Source of the DNA: a virus
Lineage: Duplodnaviria > Caudoviricetes
Reading direction: 5' to 3' (one strand)
DNA: 28,351 bases
IMG/VR virus record: IMGVR_UViG_3300032318_000963
Location: 1-28,351 of that record
Numbering within the stretch: the first letter of the stretch is position 1; every line of letters starts with the position of its first letter. Shown here one piece after another: positions 18,723-26,650 of the stretch. The position numbers and the translations under genes were made by a program. Below the pieces are notes generated by a model. The model was not told the origin of the DNA. It saw nothing but the letters and a program-made list of their open reading frames with translations, and did no database searches.

Positions 18723-19040
18723 ATGAATACAAAAGAAGAAGTGTTGGAGAAAATGGCTGAGGACTTGGATATCCAAACGGAACTCGGCAAGAAGTGCTTT
18801 TACGCCCTGTGCGAGGCGGCGATCCTCCTCGATAAGAAAAACAGAGACTATGGTCCGGGCAACATCAGTGCGTTCGGGGAGAAGGGCGTGATCGTCCGAC
18901 TCAACGACAAGATTGAACGGCTCAAGACTCTGGTCTGGAATGACCGCTCACCGGAACATGAGAAGGTCAGCGACACTTGGCTCGACGTGACTAACTACGG
19001 AATCATCGGGCTCCTCTGCCACAGGGGCGAATGGAAATAA
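18723..19040 (+). CDS. DUF1599-like (nucleotide modification-associated, all-alpha) protein
   Basis: KKNRDYG, VRLNDKIERL, DTWLDVTNYGII; ATG at 18723. Confidence 0.8.
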   Translation: MNTKEEVLEKMAEDLDIQTELGKKCFYALCEAAILLDKKNRDYGPGNISAFGEKGVIVRLNDKIERLKTLVWNDRSPEHEKVSDTWLDVTNYGIIGLLCHRGEWK

Positions 19041-19044
19041 CACA

Positions 19045-19257
19045 ATGACTGCTGAAAACACACAAATGACACAAACTTCGTTGGACGTTCTCGAACGTCT
19101 CGGGGGCTGGAAAGACCGCTTCAAGTACGAATTCACAGAAGGCGTAGTGACCGATCTTGAGGAAGACGGCGTGATGTGGGTCAAAAACGACCATGGTTCA
19201 AAGGTTAGGACTTTGGAGCACATGGACATAGACGGAGCAACGTACGTCAGGGAGTAA
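19045..19257 (+). CDS. Hypothetical protein
   Basis: 70 aa, tightly packed in the operon. Confidence 0.6.
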   Translation: MTAENTQMTQTSLDVLERLGGWKDRFKYEFTEGVVTDLEEDGVMWVKNDHGSKVRTLEHMDIDGATYVRE

Positions 19258-19259
19258 AA

Positions 19260-21413
19260 ATGAAAACATTCTACGCGAAAAACCTGTCCTCCTCTGACGT
19301 AACCGCGATGCCATGCGACCCATGGCTGGCCACCTCGTCGGGCTATCCGGCCAACGTAGCCACCAAAGATGACTATGAGAAATGGGTGCGCAACAAGTCC
19401 ACGGACCACTGCTTCTACACGGCGGCGGAGGGCATCAACCCGCACAAGCGCATCTCGCTGGAGAATCCGGCGAAGTGGCTGCACGGGCTGGTCGCCGACT
19501 ACGATGCCAAGTTGGACCCGAACTTCAACTTGCAAGATATTCTTGCACGATGCGATCCGGATGCGCAGCCAGCGGCGGTCAGCCGCACGTTCAGCGGCAA
19601 TGCCCGTGTGGTCTGGGAGTTCGAAAGCCCGTTGATGGTGGACTGTCCCGAGATGAACAAGCTGCTGATGAAAGAGATCGGCAAGAAGTTCAAACTCGGC
19701 AGCGTCCTTCCGGGAATCGACGAATGCACGTTCCGGCTCAACCAGTTGTTCGAGATCGGCCACGGATGGGTGCAAGTCCCCGGAAACCCGATTGTCTCCG
19801 ATACAGTCTTGGGCGACCTAATCGTCCAAGCCAGCAGCAAGGTCGATTGGAACAAGGTCGCGGGGAGCGATCTGGAGATTCCGATCGAGAAGATTGCCGC
19901 CGAGGTCGAGGCTCGCTGGCCCGGAGCGTGGCCGGGAGACTTCACCGTGGGGTCCCGAGGCCCGACATTCTGGCTCAATGACGGAATCACCCGTATCGGT
20001 TGCCAAGTGGCCGAGGCTGGTATGGTCTGTTATACGGATCGTGCGGGGAAGTCCTTCCTGACGTGGGCTGATCTGCTGGGTAAGCAGTTCGTCGACCAGT
20101 ATCGACAGGAGGTCATCGGCAAAGCGGTCATGGAGTACTACTACGATGGCCGCGCCTACTGGTTCAAGAATGGTACGAATCGCTGGTACGATGCGAAAGT
20201 GGAGAACGTGGCTCGAAGTCTCAGGGTTCATGGGATCAAGACCGACTCCAAGAAGGGTGCGTCCCAGATGGACCGAGTCATTCATGCCATCGAAACCCAG
20301 CGCCGGATCGACGCCGCCGCCCCGATCCTGTTCGATGACCGCGAAATCGTAGATATCGGCAACACAAGGATCCTTAACATCAATTACCGTACGGCCATCG
20401 CTCCCGCAGAAAGCGGGGATGAGTCACACTGGAAGTGGCTTAAGGACTGGATTTGGCCATGTTTCGGCGAGGAACAGCTTCCCTACTGGCTCGCTTACTG
20501 GAAGCGGAAGTATCTGGCGGCGTTGAACTCCGAACAGGTCCAGAGTCAGCTGATCGTGCTCGCTGGTGGTCCGGGACAGGGGAAAACGCTCCTAAACCGC
20601 AAGGTAATGGGTGACAGCCTCGGCGGCTGGGCGGATGCCGCGCCCTATCTGCAGGGCAAGACCAACTTCAACAAGACCGTGGCCGAACACCCGCATTGGG
20701 TTGTGGACGATCCCCAGACATCGATCGACCTCGACAGGCACCGCCAATTCTCGGAGTCGCTCAAATCCCATGTCGCCAACCCGACTGTGGTCTACCACCC
20801 CAAATTCAAGGATGCCACGGAGTTGCCGTGGACAGGCTGTATGTGCCTCACGGTAAACACTGACGCGCATTCGTTGTCAGTGCTCCCGACATTGGACAAT
20901 AACATCTTGGATAAGATAATGTTGTTCCAGTTCGAGCCACACCAGCATAAGTTCCACTCGAACAAGGAGACGCAGAACATCATCAAAAAAGAATTGCCGC
21001 ACTTTCTGCGGTGGTTGATGGATTATTCGCCGCCCATCCACGTCCTGTGGCCAGAGAATCCAAGGTTCGGTATCCGCCCCTACCACCACCCCAAGATGGT
21101 CGAATCGGCCAACGAGGATTCCTCAGTTACCAAGTTGGAGGAGATCCTCGACCGCTGGGCCAGCAGCATCCGCCGTGATGACAAGGCCAAGAAAGAATGG
21201 AAGGGGACGGCCACTGACATGTTCTCCGGGATCATGGGGGTCGACGAGGGCATGCTCAAACCTCTGCTCTCGCGCTACACTCCGGTGAGACTCGGCCGCG
21301 AACTGCGCGTTCTGGCAAACCGTCCGTCAAGTAGAGTGTTGCGTCACGTCACACACCATGGTAAAACTTGGTACGTAATTTCAGTTGAGGAAACTTTTAC
21401 CAAGAAAAAATAA
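19260..21413 (+). CDS. Primase-helicase (AEP-like N-terminus, SF3/DUF5906-like NTPase C-terminus)
   Basis: GLVADYD (DxD), SRTFSGNARVVW, Walker A GGPGQGKT, Walker B WVVDD, motif C LTVN. Confidence 0.82.
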   Translation: MKTFYAKNLSSSDVTAMPCDPWLATSSGYPANVATKDDYEKWVRNKSTDHCFYTAAEGINPHKRISLENPAKWLHGLVADYDAKLDPNFNLQDILARCDPDAQPAAVSRTFSGNARVVWEFESPLMVDCPEMNKLLMKEIGKKFKLGSVLPGIDECTFRLNQLFEIGHGWVQVPGNPIVSDTVLGDLIVQASSKVDWNKVAGSDLEIPIEKIAAEVEARWPGAWPGDFTVGSRGPTFWLNDGITRIGCQVAEAGMVCYTDRAGKSFLTWADLLGKQFVDQYRQEVIGKAVMEYYYDGRAYWFKNGTNRWYDAKVENVARSLRVHGIKTDSKKGASQMDRVIHAIETQRRIDAAAPILFDDREIVDIGNTRILNINYRTAIAPAESGDESHWKWLKDWIWPCFGEEQLPYWLAYWKRKYLAALNSEQVQSQLIVLAGGPGQGKTLLNRKVMGDSLGGWADAAPYLQGKTNFNKTVAEHPHWVVDDPQTSIDLDRHRQFSESLKSHVANPTVVYHPKFKDATELPWTGCMCLTVNTDAHSLSVLPTLDNNILDKIMLFQFEPHQHKFHSNKETQNIIKKELPHFLRWLMDYSPPIHVLWPENPRFGIRPYHHPKMVESANEDSSVTKLEEILDRWASSIRRDDKAKKEWKGTATDMFSGIMGVDEGMLKPLLSRYTPVRLGRELRVLANRPSSRVLRHVTHHGKTWYVISVEETFTKKK

Positions 21414-21417
21414 AATT

Positions 21418-21693
21418 ATGGATAAACTCAAACAAGCCAAAGAAAGTCTCGGTCGCATGCCACGCGGAAGCGCGGGGCGGGAATCCGCCGAGAAGTCGCG
21501 TGAACTCAAAAGCATGCTGCGCAAGCGGTCGGGGATCCAAGGTCGCGTGGAAGTCGTACCCAATGCTGGTCTCATGATGCCCGCCAGACGCGGCATGGTG
21601 CGCGAAGGCATGATGGATATGGTCAACAAACCCGATGCCGCATTCGGCCGGGAGATGGCCCGTGAGCGCAAGAAGCAGCAACGCAAGTATTGA
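21418..21693 (+). CDS. Small basic Arg/Met-rich protein
   Basis: 91 aa from ATG 21418; begins MDKLKQAKE. Confidence 0.7.
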   Translation: MDKLKQAKESLGRMPRGSAGRESAEKSRELKSMLRKRSGIQGRVEVVPNAGLMMPARRGMVREGMMDMVNKPDAAFGREMARERKKQQRKY

Positions 21694-21703
21694 GGGGAAC
21701 ATT

Positions 21704-22330
21704 ATGGCCGAAAAATCTAAATCTAAATCTGAAGGGTCTTTCACTAAGTTTGAAAAATTGAGGAAAGCTGTAGCTGAGATTGAAGCTATGGGCAGGAATA
21801 TGCCGGTACGCGAAAATGTTACCCCGGATACCAAACTAGAAGGGTTGAGTAAGGCCGAGTCCGACAAGTTGAAGGCGATGCTGTCTGGGGAGGCGCGGCG
21901 GCAGAGTGGGGTGCGGGCAGCTGGAAAGAAGTCTATGTCTCCCGAGGAAGCAAACCGTATTTTGGCTAGAAACCTAGCGGAGGCCAAAAAAGGCGGGTTC
22001 AATACCGACCTGTCCATCAAACCCATTGCAGATTTTAATCCGCCTAGCAAACCAGTTCCTAGGCCTCCCCAAAGGGTCCCCCAAAAACCTGCCACGGTAC
22101 CGGCGGGAGAAGTGGCAAAGAACACTAAAACCCAAAAGATTGACGTAAAACGCGCTGCGCGATCGTTCGGACTTGGGGCTGCGATGGCCGCTATGGGGGT
22201 TGGGGCTGTTTCCGGCGGTCGCGAACTCGCGGACGAGGGCTTTGCTGGCGGCATGATGGCCGGAGGCGGGAGAGGTGGCTACAAACCCGCGATCCGCAAG
22301 CGAACTCCATACGCCGTCTTAGAGGATTAA
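21704..22330 (+). CDS. Basic low-complexity protein (Lys/Pro/Gly-rich)
   Basis: 208 aa from ATG 21704 after GAGGGG; Gly/Ala/Met segment near the C-terminus. Confidence 0.7.
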   Translation: MAEKSKSKSEGSFTKFEKLRKAVAEIEAMGRNMPVRENVTPDTKLEGLSKAESDKLKAMLSGEARRQSGVRAAGKKSMSPEEANRILARNLAEAKKGGFNTDLSIKPIADFNPPSKPVPRPPQRVPQKPATVPAGEVAKNTKTQKIDVKRAARSFGLGAAMAAMGVGAVSGGRELADEGFAGGMMAGGGRGGYKPAIRKRTPYAVLED

Positions 22331-22354
22331 AAATTTTACTAAACCCGAAACAAC

Positions 22355-22522
22355 GTGGACAAAGCACTAGAAGCAGCAGTAGCCCTCCACGACTTCATAC
22401 GAAGCAATAGCGGGGAAACCGCCGACTGGCCCTTACAGATAACCTCCTCCGATAGCAAGATACTGGAAGAGCTAGACCGCCTCCTTAAAGACTTGAGAGC
22501 TAGTTATCTACTAATTCGTTAA
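22355..22522 (+). CDS. Small helical hypothetical protein, 55 aa
   Basis: Manual translation from GTG: MDKALEAAVALHDFIRSNSGETADWPLQITSSDSKILEELDRLLKDLRASYLLIR; below the ORF-track cutoff. Confidence 0.45.
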   Translation: MDKALEAAVALHDFIRSNSGETADWPLQITSSDSKILEELDRLLKDLRASYLLIR

Positions 22523-22643
22523 TAATTAGTAATAGAATAGTACGTTCTGGAGAAAGCGGCCTCCAAAATTGAGAGTAAGCTCTCATTACTATTTACCAGA
22601 AAAATTACACCCGGAGGGCCAGCGGAGGGGTTTTGGCAGATTT

Positions 22644-23032
22644 GGGTAGGGGTGACCCCCTGATCCCTAAACCCTTGAATCCAAGGACTTTGGAACAAAT
22701 GGGTAGGGGTGGGTAGGGGTGAGGGTAGGGGTAAACTTTTTTGCGTAAGTGCCTGTAGGCCAGAGGGTTAACCCCGATTGGGTAGGGGATGTAGGGCTTT
22801 TTTCCAAAAGCGTTCGGCTCCGCCGCCAGCCGGGGAGGGGATTCCGGCTCCCCCTATATATAATATATACTTTTAACCCTACAATATAAAAAAAGACCTA
22901 CATCCCCTACCCAGCCCAGTTAAGTACCTTGAAAATCAAGCACTTAAGGTGGGTAGGGGTGGAATTTTTCAGATTTTTCACCCCTACCCTAACAGTGTAG
23001 CTGGGTAGGGGAGGAAAAAATCACCCCTACCC
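22644..23032. repeat. Iteron-like GGGTAGGGG array with AT-rich core: putative replication origin
   Basis: Seven forward copies (22644, 22701, 22711, 22723, 22780, 22951, 23003) and three reverse copies (22904, 22981, 23024); 25-bp inverted repeat 22779-22803/22889-22913 around an AT-rich stretch. Confidence 0.8.
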
Positions 23033-23073
23033 AATGTGATTAGGGTCTTATCAATTCGGCTGCTTTTGCCGTG

Positions 23074-23159
23074 AACTGTCGGATTTCGACAGTTAGGTAC
23101 CCTTAAACAGTACTTCTGAGTACAGAATTGCAAATAGTTCAAGCGTGGCTTGAACTATT
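23074..23159. repeat. Two perfect inverted repeats
   Basis: AACTGTCG-gattt-CGACAGTT (23074-23094) and AATAGTTCAAGC-gtg-GCTTGAACTATT (23133-23159). Confidence 0.75.
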
Positions 23160-23594
23160 GTACGTTCTCTACTCCAAACCCTATGTGAACTTGGGGTAAC
23201 ACTACCCTAGGCTAGTGTAGCGTTAAGCTTACAGTGACACCCTCTTCTTGGAACCCTTGAACTTCGCACGCTATGGCCCCTAGGAGACGTTTTCATGGGT
23301 TCAGGGGGTCAAGGGTGCTTCCGGGGCTCCTAGCGGCCTCTGGAGGGAAGGGTCGAAAAACCAAAAAATTTTTTCTCAGAGGGTGTATATATGGAAACTT
23401 GACGGCAATAGCGGGTGATAGACCCACCCGCGTGGTGGGGTCGCTGCTGCTGGCGCGTTGAGCGTAGCTCGTGGCATTAGAGTTGGCGTAACTGGCCTTG
23501 TGCGCATCGGCGCTTTTTTTTACGGATGCTGTCCATCGGTATGCATGATGCAGCAACAAGCTGCCCGCTCAAGCGGTTGGTTCTTTATCCAGTA

Positions 23595-24030
23595 TCTGCG
23601 GCGGGGCCAAGTGTCCCCGATGTGATCGCCGAGAAAAGGGCGAATCACTCCCACGCCGGAAAGTGGGAAACGGCAGCGATGAGGTTTGTATCCTCTCCGC
23701 CTCGACCCGTAGACGAAATGACATGCAGGGCGCGACTAGCACCGCATTGAAATCCACTGAGCCATGTCAACGTCCAGCGCGCATGGACAGCGCGAAGCAT
23801 CACTCTGCTTTAAGAGTCACTCCAATCTAATCCCTCGGATGTCAGCGGTATGCTGATCATCTCAAGTTCCTGATCGATAACTCTACAATTCTATTGTGTA
23901 ACGCGGTCAATGAATCAGAGGCTCACCTAGTCCATATTCATATGGGCTAGGTGTAATCTGCAGGAATCGGAACCATCACCGCTTCGCGGTGCATGATCCT
24001 CCGGCATCCTGCAGATAAACACCTAGTTCA
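23595..24030 (+). ncRNA. Candidate long structured leader or ncRNA before the first early-type gene
   Basis: Dense hairpins (e.g. 23622-23648, 23649-23668, 23924-23953, 23956-24016); no convincing ORF. Confidence 0.42.
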
Positions 24031-24038
24031 ATAAAGTT

Positions 24039-24530
24039 ATGAATAGTCAAATCGAAGTATTCAACGCCAACCGCAACGCTCTGGTCATCCCTTCGGAGAT
24101 CAGCCAGATCATCAACGCCAAGGCCAAGGACGGCAAGACGTTCGAGGGTGGAGACTTCTCCATCTGCACGTTCAAGGCCTTCGCCGAAAAGATGGGCGTG
24201 ACCAAGCCCATCAAGGGCGAGGATCGCACGGAGTGGAACGAGTGCAAGACCGTCTACAACAACGCGAAGCACGCGGCCTCCCGCTGGTATCGTGAGCAGA
24301 TGGGCCGTGCTCTCGCGGATCAGACGCTCGCGGGTCAGAAGATGGGCGTCAAGCTGTTCCGTTCCAAGGACGGCAGCGTGCGCCGCAAGGTCTCGTTCGA
24401 GTTGGCTGATCCAACCAAGTCCGACCGCAAAGTCAAGACCGCCCGTCTCACCACGCGTGAGCAGGTCGAGGCTGCTGCGGCTCAGTTGGGTCTCAAGCTC
24501 GTCGACCAAGGCGAGTTGTCCCTCGCCTAA
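24039..24530 (+). CDS. Hypothetical early protein, likely highly expressed
   Basis: 163 aa with strongly biased C/G-ending codons; flanked by strong hairpins. Confidence 0.85.
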   Translation: MNSQIEVFNANRNALVIPSEISQIINAKAKDGKTFEGGDFSICTFKAFAEKMGVTKPIKGEDRTEWNECKTVYNNAKHAASRWYREQMGRALADQTLAGQKMGVKLFRSKDGSVRRKVSFELADPTKSDRKVKTARLTTREQVEAAAAQLGLKLVDQGELSLA

Positions 24531-24547
24531 TCGTATAGGGCGCATAC

Positions 24548-24576
24548 ACTGCACATCCTTCGGGGTGTGCAGTCTT
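24548..24576 (+). terminator. cUUCGg-capped hairpin (terminator or processing site)
   Basis: ACTGCACATCC-TTCG-GGGTGTGCAGT; only a weak U-tract follows. Confidence 0.5.
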
Positions 24577-24771
24577 ATGTCCTACACACCGAAAGAAAGA
24601 AGTGGAGCCACGGCGCAAGTCTGCGCTGCGGCTTCGCTCCGGAAGTATGATCCGTTCCACGATTACCAGTGGAACTGGAAACCACACCTGCGCCACCGCA
24701 AGACGAGTCGCAGGCTCAAGCCGATGTCCTATCGGCAACTCGTCGAGTTCATGATGCATGATCCCCTGTAA
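24577..24771 (+). CDS. Hypothetical protein, 64 aa
   Basis: ATG 24577 inside track ORF 24292-24771, right after the hairpin. Confidence 0.4.
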   Translation: MSYTPKERSGATAQVCAAASLRKYDPFHDYQWNWKPHLRHRKTSRRLKPMSYRQLVEFMMHDPL

Positions 24772-24876
24772 CGCTGGGCGGGGATCACGAACTATCATCG
24801 TTCGTCATCTCGGCAACATGCCGAAACGGATTTGAAACCCGTAGGGGTAACAGGTTCAGCTGTCAGAGAACCACGC

Positions 24877-25383
24877 TTAGTCTGACAGAATCCCTGCATC
24901 TTCGACCACTTCTGCGTCGATGATCTCGGATTCAATGTCCACCTTCGTCACGGCACCTCCGGCCGTCTGCTGCAGCCAACCAACATTGACGATCGTGCTT
25001 TTCGTGTTCTCGGCATCTTCGAGTCCTGCAGCCTTTCGAGCCATGGAATCCGCAATCTGGGCATCTTTCCACGTCCTCGGGGCTGGAAGGTTGGCTTCCC
25101 GCAACGCGGAATTCGCCTTCTCGAACACCAATCGCCTGTGTGCGGACCCTTTAGATTTCCAGTCAGTCTCCATCATGTCGGCAACTTTCTCTACGAGAGA
25201 TTTCTCTAACGGAACGCTGTCTGGAAGTTTCCGAATCTTATTCCATCCGGCCTTCCATGCCTTTGTGGACACTGTTTCTCTGTTAATTCCGAACTTGTCC
25301 GCGATGTCATTTGTGGACATTCCAGCGAGGTAGCACGTCTTGACTGCGAGCCAAGTCTCCTTCGCTATCTTCGTTTTAGCCAT
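24877..25383 (-). CDS. terS: Putative terminase small subunit (N-terminal HTH)
   Basis: W..VK..YLAGMS..DIADKFGINRETV..KA.K.GW HTH, helical middle (MARKAAGLE), C-terminal IIDAEVVE tail. Confidence 0.62.
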   Translation of the reverse strand: MAKTKIAKETWLAVKTCYLAGMSTNDIADKFGINRETVSTKAWKAGWNKIRKLPDSVPLEKSLVEKVADMMETDWKSKGSAHRRLVFEKANSALREANLPAPRTWKDAQIADSMARKAAGLEDAENTKSTIVNVGWLQQTAGGAVTKVDIESEIIDAEVVEDAGILSD

Positions 25384-25393
25384 TGATCCCTTG

Positions 25394-25422
25394 AACCTAT
25401 GATCCCTGATCTACAGAGTCAA
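25394..25422 (-). promoter_or_regulatory. Sigma70-like promoter for the terS-like gene
   Basis: Minus strand TTGACT-N17-TAGGTT ending 10 nt before the ATG, implying a near-leaderless mRNA. Confidence 0.55.
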
Positions 25423-25429
25423 ACACTTT

Positions 25430-25714
25430 ATGTCAGCAAACTACACCCCAACCCTGTCCGTTGATTCGGCCAGATACTCACCGCACGAATATTCCGTGCG
25501 TTTCACCGCCCTCTCTGGGTGGACACTGTCCGTAACTCGCCGTATCGAAAATGGTCTACCTGTCTACACCACTTCGGAAGAACAGGAGACTTGCCTCTTA
25601 GTCTCCAAGGAAGAGGCTCAAGAACTCATCGCATCGTGGGAGTTTGCCCTGCAAGCAGAAGCCCTCGAAATGCAAGACGAAGCCGAACTACTTTCCCGCG
25701 AGCAAGCTCTGTAG
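25430..25714 (+). CDS. Hypothetical early protein
   Basis: 94 aa, first of a co-oriented run of small ORFs. Confidence 0.65.
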   Translation: MSANYTPTLSVDSARYSPHEYSVRFTALSGWTLSVTRRIENGLPVYTTSEEQETCLLVSKEEAQELIASWEFALQAEALEMQDEAELLSREQAL

Positions 25715-25774
25715 AAAACAACCAACAAACACTTTCCCGCGAGTCTGCCCTCGCACATTAGAAACCAACCAGCA

Positions 25775-26110
25775 ATGAATAAACCCTTCGGGTTCTCCAA
25801 AGAAGTCGTGCCCTTTTATCTCGGGGAGTGCGGCCTCTACTACAAGCGCGTAGCCTTCGACAATGGCTATGCCGTGTCCATCGTGTCACATGCCCACTCT
25901 TACGGAGGTCATGACGGCTTGTTCGAGGTCGCCGTGATGAATGCGGATACCGACCAGATCGTTTACGATGCCCCAACCTCAACCCCTTCCGATGTTTCCG
26001 GATTTCTAGATTTCTTGGAAGTCGGAGACTTCCTTGCCAGTATCAAGGCCCTACCCAAGCGGTGCTGGCACTGCAACCCTCCCGCTTATTCACCCGTGTT
26101 ACAACCCTAA
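25775..26110 (+). CDS. Conserved phage hypothetical protein (F.NGY.VS....SYGG..GLFEVAV type)
   Basis: Motif recalled from phage early regions; A/C-rich leader. Confidence 0.8.
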   Translation: MNKPFGFSKEVVPFYLGECGLYYKRVAFDNGYAVSIVSHAHSYGGHDGLFEVAVMNADTDQIVYDAPTSTPSDVSGFLDFLEVGDFLASIKALPKRCWHCNPPAYSPVLQP

Positions 26111-26128
26111 ACATAAACCCAAAATACC

Positions 26129-26392
26129 ATGAAAGATAAAGCACTCGTCAGTCCAACCATCAAAGCCCATATGGATTCCTACTTGAAAATGTGGAGCATC
26201 GAGTGGGACGAGAAAAAAGCGGAGGAGAAAGCCCTCGCCAAAGAGAAAGCCAAGGAGATCAAGCTCCAGCGCAACTACTCCAAGTGGCTGGAACGCCAAG
26301 TCAACAAGATCACCGTCCGCATGAATGACGGCACCAACCAGTGCATCCCGCCCGAGGCTTGGCTGGTGATCGGCAAACGTCTCGCCGCCTAG
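26129..26392 (+). CDS. Hypothetical early protein
   Basis: 87 aa, Lys/Glu-rich helix. Confidence 0.72.
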   Translation: MKDKALVSPTIKAHMDSYLKMWSIEWDEKKAEEKALAKEKAKEIKLQRNYSKWLERQVNKITVRMNDGTNQCIPPEAWLVIGKRLAA

Positions 26393-26393
26393 A

Positions 26394-26645
26394 ATGATCT
26401 GCCCATCCTGCCTTGAACCCCTGCACCCAGAACGCTTGAACCTTGGATTCCATGTATGCGTGTCCTGTGCTCAAGCGTCTCCGGTTCCTAAATACAAGGG
26501 AGCCATGATCTATGGTCACAAAACCGCTGGTGCTGTGGCCCTCATGACACCCGAGGAATTCACGCACTTCAAACGTGTAACCCGCCGCCGAGGACAGCAA
26601 AGCGTCCTCCGCAACGTCCTTCATGCGAACGGACGAGCCGTCTAG
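26394..26645 (+). CDS. C4 zinc-finger protein (DksA/TraR-like finger)
   Basis: CPSC..PLHPERL......CVSC. Confidence 0.72.
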   Translation: MICPSCLEPLHPERLNLGFHVCVSCAQASPVPKYKGAMIYGHKTAGAVALMTPEEFTHFKRVTRRRGQQSVLRNVLHANGRAV

Positions 26646-26650
26646 ACCTT

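Noticed and set aside
13006-22254. Minus-strand ORFs across the replication module (e.g. 18948-19775, 21397-22254)
   Set aside because: Antisense to well-supported genes; no independent signals.
22644-23032. Repeat block as a CRISPR or mini-CRISPR array
   Set aside because: Repeats are 9 bp, in both orientations and irregularly spaced, with no repeat-spacer periodicity.
24800-24830. Hammerhead-like stem followed by GAAAC
   Set aside because: The CUGANGA core is missing.
25690-25743. 13-bp direct repeat ACTTTCCCGCGAG (25690, 25731)
   Set aside because: Only two copies noticed; could be a local duplication scar, no function supportable.
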